Shown: one piece after another, positions 36,006-48,589 of the stretch
Position numbering within the stretch: the stretch's first letter is position 1
Layout: each line of letters starts with the position of its first letter
NCBI GenBank assembly: GCA_024679065.1
Contig: JAGIQG010000014.1
Location: forward strand, 6,758,001-6,822,000
Source of the DNA: Sphyrna mokarran
Taxonomy: Eukaryota
Direction of reading: 5' to 3'
Length of the DNA: 64,000 bases
Position numbers and translations under genes: made by a program
The notes under the pieces: generated by a model
Seen by the model: the letters and a program-made list of their open reading frames with translations, nothing else
Told to the model about the DNA's origin: nothing
Database searches by the model: none

Positions 36006-36105
36006 NNNNNNNNNNNNNNNNNNNNNNNNNNNNNNNNNNNNNNNNNNNNNNNNNNNNNNNNNNNNNNNNNNNNNNNNNNNNNNNNNNNNNNNNNNNNNNN
36101 NNNNN
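36006..36105. other. Assembly gap (100 N, true size unknown)
   Basis: Run of exactly 100 n. Confidence 0.99.
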
Positions 36106-37276
36106 ATACTTTACTTTAGTAAGGCTTTTGATAAGGTGGCCCATGGAAGACTTCTACAGAAAATGCAGATGTGTGGAATAGAGGGTGATTTAGCAAATTG
36201 GATTAGAAATTGGCTGGCAGATAGAAGACAGAGGGTGGTGGTTGATGGGAGATTTTCATCGTGGAGTGCGGTGACGAGTGGTGTGCCTCAGGGGTCTGTT
36301 TTGGGGCCCCTGCTGTTTGTAAATTTTATAAATGATCTGGATGAGGGTATTGAGGGATGGATCAGTAAATTTGCAGATGATACTAAAGTTGGTGGTGTGG
36401 TAGATAGTGAAGAGGGGTGTTTTAGTTACAGAGTGACTTGGACAAGTTGCAGAGCTGGGCCGAGAGGTGGCAAATGGAGTTTAATGTGGAAAAGTGTGAG
36501 GTAATGCACTTTGGCAGGAACAATAAATGTGTAGAGTATAGGGCTAATGGTAGGGCTCTTAATAGTGTTGAGGAACCGAAGGATCTTGGTGTATGTGTCA
36601 ATAGATCCCTGAAAGTAGGCAGTCAAGTGGATAAAGTTGTTAAGAAGGCATATGGAGTCTTAGCTTTTATGGGTAGGGGGATTGAATTTAGGAGCCGCAG
36701 CATCATGTTGCAACTGTACAAAACTCTAGTGCGGCCGCACTTGGAGTATTGTGTGCAGTTCTGGTCGCACATTATAAGAAAGATGTGGAGGCATTGGAGA
36801 GGGTACAGAGGAGGTTTACTAGGATGTTGCCTGGTATGGAGGGCAGGTCCTATGAATAGAGGTTGAAGGATTTGAGGTTGTTTTCGTTAGAAAGGAGGCG
36901 GCTAAGGGGGGATCTTATTGAAGCATATAAGATAATTAGATGTTTGGATAGGGTGGACAGTGATAGCCTTTTTCCTAGGATGGAGAAAGCTAGCACGAGG
37001 GGACACAACTTTAAATTAAGGGGTATGAGTTATAGGACGGATATCAGAGGTAGGTTCTTTACTCAAAGAGTGATTAGGGAGTGAATGCCCTGCCTGCAGC
37101 TGTTGTAGATGCGCCAAGTTTGGTGGCGTTTAAGAGGTTAGTGGATAAGTATATGGATGAGAAGGGAATGGTTAGTTAGGAGGGGCATTGCTTTTTATTT
37201 TGGTCGGCACAACATCGAAGGCCGAAGGGCCTGTTCTGTGCTGTATTGTTCTATGTTCTATGTTCTATGTTCTATG
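36106..37276 (+). mobile_element. CR1-clade LINE, RT domain to 3' end, frameshifted; 5' part lost in the assembly gap
   Basis: [20 protein letters not shown] and KFADDTK motifs, spread over ORFs 36136..36504, 36438..36866 and 36863..37084. (TTCTATG)n tail. Inserted into the 19-bp minisatellite. Confidence 0.93.
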
Positions 37277-37905
37277 AGTAAGCAGTTGCCTGCGGTGTAC
37301 CTGTTGTGTAAAGAAGTAGTTCAAGTGTGAAACAGCATCTTTGATTCAAGGCCGCATCAGTGGTGCAATGCAGCGTCCGCGGTTCAATGTAATGCCTGCG
37401 GTGTAATGTGGTACCTGTGTCGTAAGGCAGTATGTGGTATAAGGCAGTCACTGCGGTTTAAGGGAGAAAATGTGGTGTATGCATTGCCTGCGATGTAAGG
37501 CAGTGACGTGTAAGGTAGTGCTGCGGGATCAGGCAGAAGTCGCCGCATAAGGCAGTAGTGTGATTTCAAGGTATTTCCTGCAGTGCAGGACGATTCCTGC
37601 AGTGCAGGACGATTCCTGCCGTGCAATACATCACCTGTGCTGGAAGGTGGTTCATCGGGTTTGAGGCTGCATCTACAGTGAGTCTTCGGAGAAAGTATAA
37701 GAAAACCCCTGTGGTGTGAGCAATACCTGCTGAGTAATGTTGCACCTGTAGTGTCGTCAGTACCTGCGGTGCAGACAGTAGCTATGGTGCAACGCAGTTC
37801 CTATAGTTTAAGATAGCACCTACAATGTAAGGCAATAGATGCGCTGCAAGGCAGTACCTGCGATGTACGTAGAACATGCGGTGGAAGACTTTGCGTACAG
37901 TGTAC
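37277..37905. repeat. Degenerate 19-bp minisatellite 3' of gene C (also begins ~35870-36005 before the gap)
   Basis: Same motif. Exact 19-bp tandem duplication at 37575-37612. Confidence 0.82.
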
Positions 37906-38146
37906 GGTAGTTAGGACTGATGCGAACTCATTTTACTCCACTGTTGAATGATATCATTCGTATTTTCACTGATTGCACACTGATTGGAGTAAGCCGCTAC
38001 AGAAGGAAACACTAAAACTTACTGATGAATAGCAGTAGGCATCAGAAGATACAACAAAGAATGGCCCAGCCCTTCTAGAGTCCCTTATTTAAAGAAACAC
38101 GTTATGTTTTTGTTGCAGGAAGGCCGACATTCAAGCATGTACTTCA

Positions 38147-39078
38147 CTACTGCCTGAACAGGAAGACGAGGTTTAATTTCACATGTTTTTGCAACATCAG
38201 AATTATGGTCCAAGGGAATTTCACCATGTTCTTTAGCTCTTCCCTGAATTTATCTTGTGTAGCTGCATAAATGCACGTGTTCGTGCATGAACTTAAATGA
38301 ATGAGCAGTGTTCCGGTTTCGGTGGCGATATACGCTGCAGATGTGTAATCCGACCGGACATAAACAAGCATCCGACTGGCTAGATAACTAATGGCTCTTG
38401 TCGCCCACAACAATATAAAGCTACTAGAAATAGTGAACAATAAAATAATGGACTTCTTTCGTTTCTGTATCTCTGGATCATTCTGATTCTCACTGTTATG
38501 ACCCCTCAAGCCGGCACGCGCTTTGCTGGACAACAAAATCCTTCTGACTGTCAAAAAATTAAATAACAATATCAAACTGAAGGGAATCAAGTTCAATAAA
38601 ATACTTTGTAACAAGACAACTGCATCACCAATTTGAGAAGTATAAAAATCCTGCCTAGGGATGACACCCCATTGAACACCATTAATAATGCTTTTATGTT
38701 TAAATGCAAACCAAACGTACAAGTTCTGCAAATAGATAAGGACTGAGGATGTTGTTAAAACTGCAGCCGCCGTTCTCGCGGTGCAATAGATTGTTTTAAA
38801 CTTCTGACTACATATAACAATATATCGGTCAAAAGTGAATGAGACTGTAAACCATACTGACATATACAGGTTATTACAAAGCATATGTATCATTAATTTG
38901 CAAACAACACTGTAGGAGAGGAATGAATTTGGAAAACGTTTTCTCAAAACGTTGTACAAAATTACATTGATAAGCATCTCTAACAAATCTGCTATTGCCA
39001 TGGCCCTCATGTACATAGAGACACATCTGGAAAGGCCGCAATTTCCTTTGGCGAGGATCACGATGGTCACGAGATTCG
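38147..39078 (-). CDS. GPR139-like orphan class A GPCR, gene C, coding exon 2 (spliced product 333 aa)
   Basis: Intact frame with DRY and NTCIY. CAG acceptor at 39079-39081. Two charged substitutions in TM2. Confidence 0.9.
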
Positions 39079-41410
39079 CTGTAAAAACAATGGAGAAGAA
39101 CCAAATCATGGAAACAGTTTGGTTACACTCAGTATACTTCAGTGAAATGAATAGATGCACTTTTGCTCAGTTATAGACATGGACTCAGTCCATTGTACAA
39201 GATAGCAGAGGTGATATATTTATTGAAATAGATCACCATAAACTCAATATTTAGGCACCTGCGATGTTCTCCCAGTTGAAGTAACTGAAGTATATTCTTT
39301 TCTACATGTTGAGGGGAGGGTCGCGAGACTCTGTCTACAGAATGTTAATTGGCAAGATCTCCTCAGCACCATCAACAATTAAAGAACCCAAGCCTTAAAT
39401 GGCATCAGTTATGATTTCGCAGACTTGTATAAACCGTGTAATCTGGGATCAGCTTCCTTGCATCTGTATCGATTTTATTAAATTAAGCATCACCACTGAA
39501 GCTGGCCCGAGACTCCATTCACCGTAAGTCGAAATCAAACATCGAATTCGCACTAAGGGAAATCCTCAGGAAGGAAATTCCGATTTGCTCAATAAATTGT
39601 ACATTTTGTCATTTCCTGAGTGAATATCCTAGGCTCAAACGTCTTCAGCTCCTTCTATATTATTCTAATATAAGGTCAGAATTGAGAATGATCATTGATG
39701 GCTACACCGTGTATAGTATCAGATTTGAGTCTCCAGATACCGAAGCAGCCCGTGTCTGAATGCAGTAAGATCTGCACAACATCCAGATTTGGGCTGACCA
39801 GTGGGAAATAATGGCTGCGTCACGCAAATTTCAGGGAATGGCCGCTTACAGCAATACGTAATCTAACCAATTCCCCTTGACATTTCCTGCTATCATTGCC
39901 TCCGCATCTATTAGCATCAAACATAAACACTGCCTGAACTGTGCGAGCCATATGAAAGAAAAAAAGACTGGAAAATCTCAGCAGGGCTGACAGCTTCAGT
40001 CGGGAAGAAAATAATCGACGCTTTTTCTCGCATTCCCTACTTTATTTCAGATTTCAGCATCCACTATATTTGGATAATTTTAGCAAATAAGTAATGTCCA
40101 CAAAAGCAGATCAGCGGTTTGGATATACAGACCGCTTGTCTCCCAAAATCCTGTGCACTGTTCATAAGTTGATGAAGTGATGGAATACTCTCCACTTATC
40201 TGCGCGGAGGCAGCTCCAAAGACCCTCAAGATGTTCTAGACAATGAAGGACGAAGCAGGCAGTTGTATTGCTAACCCGCCCACAAAATGTTAACGACTTC
40301 TACGGCAAACGCGCTATAGCAGCCGTGAGCAGCATTTACAGCAACTCACCAGGCAACTTACACAGCATTCGACCAAACCCTCGACCACTATCATCTAAAA
40401 AGTAACGGGCAGCAGATATGTGGGAACACCACCATTTTAATGTTGTCACAGAGTCACTGAACGAACTGAGTGGAAAATGTATCGCTGTTCCTTCACTGTA
40501 ATTGTGTCAAAATCTTGGAACTCTCTTTTCCTCTACCAGCAGTATGGGTACACTTACAACTTGGACAGCAACGAATCAGGAAGGCAACTCACCACCCGTA
40601 TCCGAAGAGCAGCGAAAAATGAAAAATAAAGGACGCGGATGCCCACATCGGACAAATAAATAAAATGAATGCGACCAAACAAATGATTTATTTCTATACA
40701 GTAATTTGTTGTGCTGCAACTTTGACAACTCAATCCATCACCACGAGGCTTGTGTCAGGTGATGCACCGACCAATTGTATAAGTGAGCGCGGCGGCAGGT
40801 TGGGGCAATCCGTTGAACTTAGTGTTTTAAGTTTACTTTCAAGACTTGCACCCAATATCAAGTGCGCTAACCGTAATATTCACTCATTATGTAAATAATA
40901 ATACTCTTTCTAATGAATCAGTGAGATGACAAAATAGCTATTGAAGTTAATTCGAGGCGGTGGGATTCTAACATTTATCATCAGCGGAAGGGAGCTGTCG
41001 GGCACAGAAAGGGAAACAACAGAACTGATTTGCTGCCCCGCGGAGAGCAGCAGCCTCCTGAACAGGTTTTCTTTTTCCTTGAAATACATTCCAGTGATTT
41101 TTGCTTTCCGGAGAGGCAGAATTTCGAGGTATTGTCATCTTAAAGAAGTAAGAATACAGATTGTTACTGCAAATAATTCGCATGCAGATCTATGAACTTT
41201 CGGAAGGGAAGGGTATCAGCCTCAATATCCGTTAATGTGGGGAGGGAATTTAAACTTCAGGTGTCACATTCTTCTGAGCTGAACCGCGGCTCACGCCATG
41301 CCAACCGTTGAGACTCTCACTGATATTCAACAATTTATCTCGGGAGAGAAAAGACATTGCAATAATGACCTTCTCGCAATCAGTTTGCTGAATCAGTGAG
41401 CAGTGAGTGA

Positions 41411-41885
41411 CAAAGAACAAAGAACAAAAAACAAAACAGCCCGGGAAATAGGCCCTTAGGCCCAACGAGCCCGCGCCGCCACCTCGATGTTCCCACTTCT
41501 ACCCATGATCCCTGTCATCTCTGTCTATTTTTATAGATCTATGCATTAGAACCAAATTTCAGACAATTGAGGGAGAATTTGCTCTGCCGATCAGCCCTTA
41601 GAGCATATCTTTGGGATGTGGGAGGAAACCAGAGCACCCGGAGAAAACCCACGCCAGCACGAGGAGAATGCGCAAACTCCCACAGGCACAGGCCCACATC
41701 CATGTACCCGCACAGCACAGCAATAGTCACTGAGCTGTCGTGTTACCCATCAACTGGCCCAGGTCAAGCGTACACTAACAATGTGAAGCAAAAGGCTACT
41801 CTTGAAAAATCAAAGAGCAGCCTTCTCACGCCCCATCGCGTGTATGCCCCTTGTTATACAAAGCGGACCGACGTCCCCGTAGGAT
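41411..41885 (-). mobile_element. Composite V-SINE, intronic copy in gene C
   Basis: Paralog of 856-1328. Confidence 0.8.
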
Positions 41886-42017
41886 AAAACAAGTACATCA
41901 ATTTACACATTTCCCAGAGAACTCCCAAGGCTCATGATGCCTATCTTAAATCAGTTTTCTATACCTCTCCATTCCCGGTACTCCGCAACTATGAGACAAC
42001 ACGGTGCATTGACGTAC

Positions 42018-42087
42018 CGGGCGTACCAAAAGCTGCCAGCACGGGATAGAAAAGTTCATTGACCTGTAGAATTAATGGGCGGGCCAT
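42018..42087 (-). CDS. GPR139-like GPCR gene C, first coding exon
   Basis: MARPLILQVNELFYPVLAAFGTP plus G, then donor GTACGT. Intron 39079-42017. Confidence 0.83.
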
Positions 42088-43829
42088 TGTGATTTCGAGA
42101 AGAATGCAAACGTTTTGCTCGATGCACCGTTGTGCGAAAGATTGCTAGACTGTCGACTTTTGTACTGTAATACATTCCCTGAGGCGAAAAAAATCAAGCT
42201 ACGCACTAATTGCGTCACTTTCAGCAAATTAAATCAAAATATCCCTTTCCTCTAGAGGTAATCCGGTTGGCCAATCGACAAACTGTTAGTCCATGAAGCT
42301 CCGTCAATTGACATCAGTGATCAGGCAAGAATCCTGGAGCGCATGTGTTCTGCGCTGGCTCGCGGGAGTCAGAATAGACCATCACCATGGACACAATGTT
42401 TGATTCTGTCAGCTTCATCATGCACGTATTTAAACGATGCATCTAACGTGCAACTCACGTATATTTCGCTCCTGTGTCCATAACTTTTCAATGATGGGCA
42501 TTGTGAAAATTAGTGATGAATAGCCGTTATTATTTGTAACAATTATCTTACTTTCCAATTTCCTGAATTGTTGGAAATAAACTACAAATTTTCCATTAGT
42601 GTTAACCTATCATTATCAATGCTAATTGAACTTCAATATGTATGAGCAAATGAATCATAACTTGAAGTGATACTATTTCAGAGTGTCTCTTGCCTAACCG
42701 TGAAATATAGATTAGGTTTTGTTCATTCTTTACCGTCCCTCTGACGCACCAGTAAGAATTTGAGAGCCAGAGCTTGACACAGCTTAATGGACACGTTGCA
42801 TCACTCTGAACGAGTGGCAGAAAGCTACTGCTGGCGATTGACCTCAATGCAACCGAGCTGCAAAGAAAATTTCAGAGCGCATTGATATATTTTACCTATT
42901 TGAGATTTCAGTCAATCAATAAGCGATGAAAATAGTTCCTTGCCGAGTGGGTACGATATTTCATACAGTGAAATTGTATTTGCAGAAGTTTCCCCTGATC
43001 ACTTGGCCAGTACTTAATTTGAGAAAATGTTTGTTGTCTTGGATGATAACTTGCAATGTTCTTTTGAAACATTTTTTTTGTGCGCCACTGAAGCGTACGC
43101 TATTCTTCAGTTCGGCACCGAAGATTTGAGATGAAATCAGCTGTCTGGCATTCTGGCGATTGCATCAACTCATCAGAACACTTTTCCTCATAACATTGAG
43201 AAAATCTTGACCAGACTGCATCTTCCGAGTACCTGTGTGACTGAGAATTTGTCCTGTGTCTTGATTCTGTAATGTTTGTTGAGGCAGCAAAGGTAGTTGA
43301 CTTTGAAGCATTGAAACCCAGTTGTAAAATTCTGACATAAAACGTATATTGTGGAGTTCTGGGTGTGAATTGTCATCAGAGTGCAGAAATACAAATCATC
43401 ATTTTAAAAAATCCTGTGATCATCATGAATGAATTTTCATAAATACTTGTCGGTTTCACTTATGCCAATGGGGAAGGAAACATGCCATCCTTACCTACTG
43501 TCGTCTGCACGTCAGTCCAGGTATACAGCAATCTATTTGACTCTAACTGCTCTCTTAAGGACGATTTGGGATTAATAGTGAATTATGAATTCTACCAGCA
43601 GTGACCCCATCCCATAACTGAACAAAAAGGACTTTTCACCTTGACATCAACCTCCAACCCCACCTCAATTACATCATGTCCATCAATCCAATGACACCAT
43701 GCCCCGTCCTCCATCGTCCTGAGGACAGAAAAGCATAGTTCACAATAGTATGCAAGTTCATTGCTAGTGAACTGCTTTCGTGTTCTTTTTTTTACTTCCA
43801 AAAATCATGCCTGCAATTGCTAATTGAAA

Positions 43830-45098
43830 TCGACACTTACTTCATCTGGAGGTGCCAAGAAGAATATTCTATACTGCGGTCTCACTTCAGTAGCCTTTGA
43901 TATGCTCATCCCAACATCTGTCGAAATGCACAAAGGTAAGTCTACAGTTTTGTTCAGGATTTCATTCTATTCTGCAATTTAATCATTATTTGGTCACAAG
44001 TAACATTAATAGTCTCAATGATGATCTTTTATTTCCGTTCTAAAACAGTGCCATTGTTTCTAGTTTCATCAAAAAAACTGACTTCCTGTGCCTTGCGTGC
44101 TTTTCGTCATCCAAAGGTCATGATTTTTTTTTTGCTAGCTTTAGTGTATCTCTGCTTCCATTGAATTGTAATCATTTTGAACACGCATGACAATACCCTT
44201 AACTGATGCGAACAAATCTGAAACATTCAGTGAAGTTGCAGCAATCTTTAGCAATGGTTTTCTGGTGGCATTAATTTTTTGAAGCAAGTGGCTCCACAAA
44301 ACATTAAAAATAGCAGTGTCATACATTTCAAATTTCTCTGCTAAAAATTTTGTTCAACTTTCTCTTTTTTTAATTTGATTTCTTTGAAAAGACTTATTTC
44401 ATATTAACAAAGTCCATTTTCGAAGTCAAAACGACCTATGCACGACCGGGCCACCTGATGTACAAAAGTCTTGACAAAAGTTTTAAATTTGCTTGTTCCA
44501 GGACTGATTGCAATGCATTCCACCGATGTATGGAAGACGTAAAATAAACATATTATTTGAACCCTTCAATAGAAGATATAGAGCTGGATTTATTACAGTT
44601 TCAAGTCAAAAAGAGATTGGAACATAGGATGAACAATTCATAGTTCAGTCTCCTCTAAATCTGGATAGATTCCTCCTGTCTCCATGGCATCATCAAGGCT
44701 CTGACCAATACCGACTTTCAAACTGTAAACCACAAAATTTGCAATAAATTCCAAACATTATTACCTCCAGGCAATCAAAAATATGGGATTGTGGCTGCCA
44801 AATATTTCATCCCACTGCAGCGTTGTTGGCCACATAGCTCAAAAGTATTGTTAATTTGTCATACACGATTCACATCTCGCGTTGAATTGACTAACATGGA
44901 ATGTTTTTTTAAACTTTTTTTACTTCATTCGTGAAATGGTTTCTGAATCACTCTGTCAGACTACTGGTGAACTTAGCATAGGCCCTCAACAATAAAATGT
45001 TCGTCTTCCTAAGGCATAATACCGATGACTTTTCAAATGCTCTTGGATAAGTTTATCAAATTCACTGAGATAGTCAAAACATTTTCTTGAGGCTATAT
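43830..45098 (-). mobile_element. hAT transposase relic (paralog)
   Basis: Homologous to 3290-4565. Includes ORF 44141..44326. Confidence 0.7.
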
Positions 45099-45324
45099 GG
45101 TTGATATTTTCCTACGTTATAAAATATTTGCCCAATGTTTTCCCACTCCATTAATATACCTAAGTTATAAAATGTTTTTATCATTCTCCCAATCAGCGTT
45201 TTGTCCTAAATATGAGCTATCTATCGATTTCAATGTGGTGCATTCGCTTCCTACCTCCGATTTATTAACATGTATTGTAAACAATTGCGGACACAGCACT
45301 GATCCCCATGGGAGTTCATTGGTT

Positions 45325-46159
45325 AGAATTGGACAAGTGCAGAGCTGGGCCGAGAGGTGGCAAATGGAGTTTAATGCGGAAAAGTGTGAGGTCATTCACT
45401 TTGGCAGGAATAACAAATGTGTAGAGTATAGGGCTAGTGGTAGGACTCTTAATAGTGTTGAAGAACAGAGGGATCTTGTTGTATATGTGCACAGATCCCT
45501 GAAAGCTGGCAATCAAGTCGATAAGGCTGTTAAGAAGGCATATAGAGTCTTAGCTTTTATTGGTAGGGGGATTGAATTTCGGAGCCGCAATGTCATGTTG
45601 CAACTGTACAAAGCTCTAGTGCAGCCGCACTTGGAGTATTGTGTGCAGTTCTGGTCCCCGCATTTTAAGAAAGATGTGGACGCATTGGAGAGGTTACCGA
45701 GGAGGTTTACCAGGATGTTGCCTGGTATAGAAGGCAGGTCTTATGAAGAGAGGCTGATGGATTTGAGGTTGCTTTCGTTAGAAAGAAGGTGGCTAAAAGG
45801 AGACTTTATTGAAACATATAAGATGATTAGAGGTTTAGATAGGGTGGACAGTGATAGCCTTTTTCCTAGGATGGAGAAAGCTAGCAGGAGGGGACATAGC
45901 TTTAAATTAACGGAAGGTAGTTATAGGACGAATATCAGAGGTAGGTTCTTCACCCAGAGGGTGGTTGGGGTATGGAATGCCCTGCCTGCTGCAGTTGTAG
46001 ATGCGCCAGGTTTGGTGGCGTTTAAGAGGTTAGTAGATAAGTTTATGGACGAAAAGGGAATGGTTTAGGTTGGAGGGTCATTGCTTTTTCCTAATTGGTC
46101 GGCGCAACGTCGAGGGCCGAAGAGCATGTTCTGCGATGTAATGTTCTATGTTCTATGTT
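45325..46159 (+). mobile_element. 5'-truncated CR1-clade LINE, duplicate of 4791-5625
   Basis: Same junctions and tail as 4791-5625. Confidence 0.92.
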
Positions 46160-46437
46160 ACTGATGACCAAAGAGAAAATTTTTCATCATTTTCTGTTTT
46201 TTTTAATACAGAATCGGTTGATTGATGTTACTTAACATTACACGGGAAAGAATGACAAAGAATAGATGGGATCGCATTTTACGACAAATCGCATATTCAA
46301 TAATTTTGCAATTCGTTAAACCAATCTCTGACCATTTTATAATTCCACGAATGTTTTCACAATGCAATAAGTGTCATTAATAAATGCAAACCTCAAAGCA
46401 GTCCGAAGCTTTTCCGGCGCAACGGCAACTGCAAATT

Positions 46438-46502
46438 GTTTAGTTAGTCAAAGCGCTTCCCTAGTAAACAGAGCATCCTGAGTTCAAATCTCAGCGGTGC
46501 CG
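46438..46502 (+). pseudogene. tRNA-Thr(AGT)-derived pseudogene
   Basis: Paralog of 5905-5969. B box GTTCAAATC intact. Confidence 0.75.
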
Positions 46503-48589
46503 TTTTGAATTTGTTCTAAGCATGGTGTCAAATCGAAACAGCGACATCGAGAAAGACAGGAAGTGCGGTATAAAATTTCTGGAGGCCCATAGTCTGTTAG
46601 TTATCCTGCCTTTTTGAACCAATTTGATTCCAATGTTGCACCTCCTCCGCAAATACACCTCTCCTACTTCTTACATTTTGCTTTCATAAAGTTCCAACCT
46701 TTCTTCCGATTCACACAGTTTCTTACATTGCACTGTTAAACTGAACGTTAATGCTATCATCAAAATTCCCTTTGGCTTGCGTTCCATGACGTATTTGGGA
46801 AATCGCTGTTCGCTGTCAGCGACCACTGCACATCTCTTTTGATCCGTTATGTGCTGCAGCAGATTCATACTTATTATGTTGTTTTTGTTGCAGGTTTTTG
46901 CAAATGCACCATCAACGTGTTGAATGGTTGCAGCAAGAACTGTGTGAAAGGATGCAACAATTTATGTTACTGTACGTGAGATAGGAAAGATTCAGAAGGG
47001 GTAAATGGTGAAATTTCTTTGATTAAGACTCGGATTGATCTATCTCTAGCTTTTATGTTTCACACAATTTAGAGCACAGTTTCCTGCATTGACACTCAAC
47101 CCCATGGAACACCAAATAAAATCCTTTCTCACACGCACAATCCGTCTCTGGTTCTCTGTTTCCCCAAAATTAATGAAATCTTCCAAATCCGTTGAAGAAG
47201 CAGTGCAGATAATGGGTGACAGCAATTGTCACATCACACGGTACTAGCAAGGTGAAAGTCAGACAACTTCTAAAATGAAGCCAGTCTGTATGTGAGGGAA
47301 ATGCGCTGGAGAGGATAAACTACCAAAGATCGGAATATGCAAATAAAAGCGGGAGCCGTGCCTTTAATCAAATAGTGAAGGCAGCCATGCTGCTTCAAAT
47401 TGGCCATGAAACATTTAGCCTGGGGTTCAATGTGCTACTCAGTGAATGGGCGCTGCTTTCAATTTCAAGAAACCACAAAAAATGAGCAAGTTATTGGGTC
47501 ATATCTTCCGTACAGAATCACGCCGTAAGGAGATTGTGCGTCACACGTACGCGTCTTGTCAATACGGAAGTCCCTTTGTGCACTGTAAAGGCGCCATGTT
47601 CAAACCTCTGAGTGCCTTGATTTAATCGCTTTCAGGATTGGAGCGCTCTGCTGAAATGACTATGATGAGACAACGCGAACCTCTCTTCCTGAAGGAAAAG
47701 TAATAGTTGAGGATATGTGCCTGTTTGTTTGCACTTTTGTCTGCTTCTGTTGAAGCGAACGGAAGAAGCACATATATTCCAGCTCAGTTTTTCTTTTCCT
47801 TTCTCGAACCACAAAAGAATCTAATTGACTGCTAAATGTTCTCTCAGGGGCCATTTGAGATGAACAGTAAATTGTGTCCGAGGCCAACAGCTCCCCCGTC
47901 GCACAAATGGATAAAAACTGCTGCCCTTCGTTTATTCAATTTGCCATCATATGTATATAAGACCTGAGTCTTCCGGTTGGGTGTCACGTATGTACTTACT
48001 CTTTTCCTGATATTAATAATTTCTTACAGCGATATTGCCCACATGATGGACTGTGTTTTTGAGCACTTGTTTATGACAACATCGCGTAAATTACATCTCG
48101 GTTGTTTCCTGACTAGTTCACTAATTTACCATGCACAGCCGCAGTGAAGGTTAGCCTGTGCACAACACTGAACAGGAAACAATCGTTTATTTTCTGGCAA
48201 ACTATTCCAAATGGAGGGATTGAAGAAGTTTGACTGGTATCTATCCTGCATTTCCCCTTTCATTGCTGCAGCTGCCAAATTATATCAGCTAATATGTGCT
48301 GCTCAGGAATGCAAAAACAATGCAATCTCCAGGACGAAGCGATTAATCATCTGGATAAATTGCGCCTATTGACATTCTGTAGGTTCTGAATCGATATCAG
48401 GTCCATGCATGTTGACGAATTCTGATCAGGTGATGCATACGAGAAGAACTACAACAGGATAGATGAACGCAGACTACTTGGATGAACTGATCGATCGGAG
48501 ACAAATGACAAAGAGCGGAAAGATTATATTCATTTTAAGCTCTCGCATTTAGCATTGAATTGGGGAATGACATTATGCCACAAGAATCA

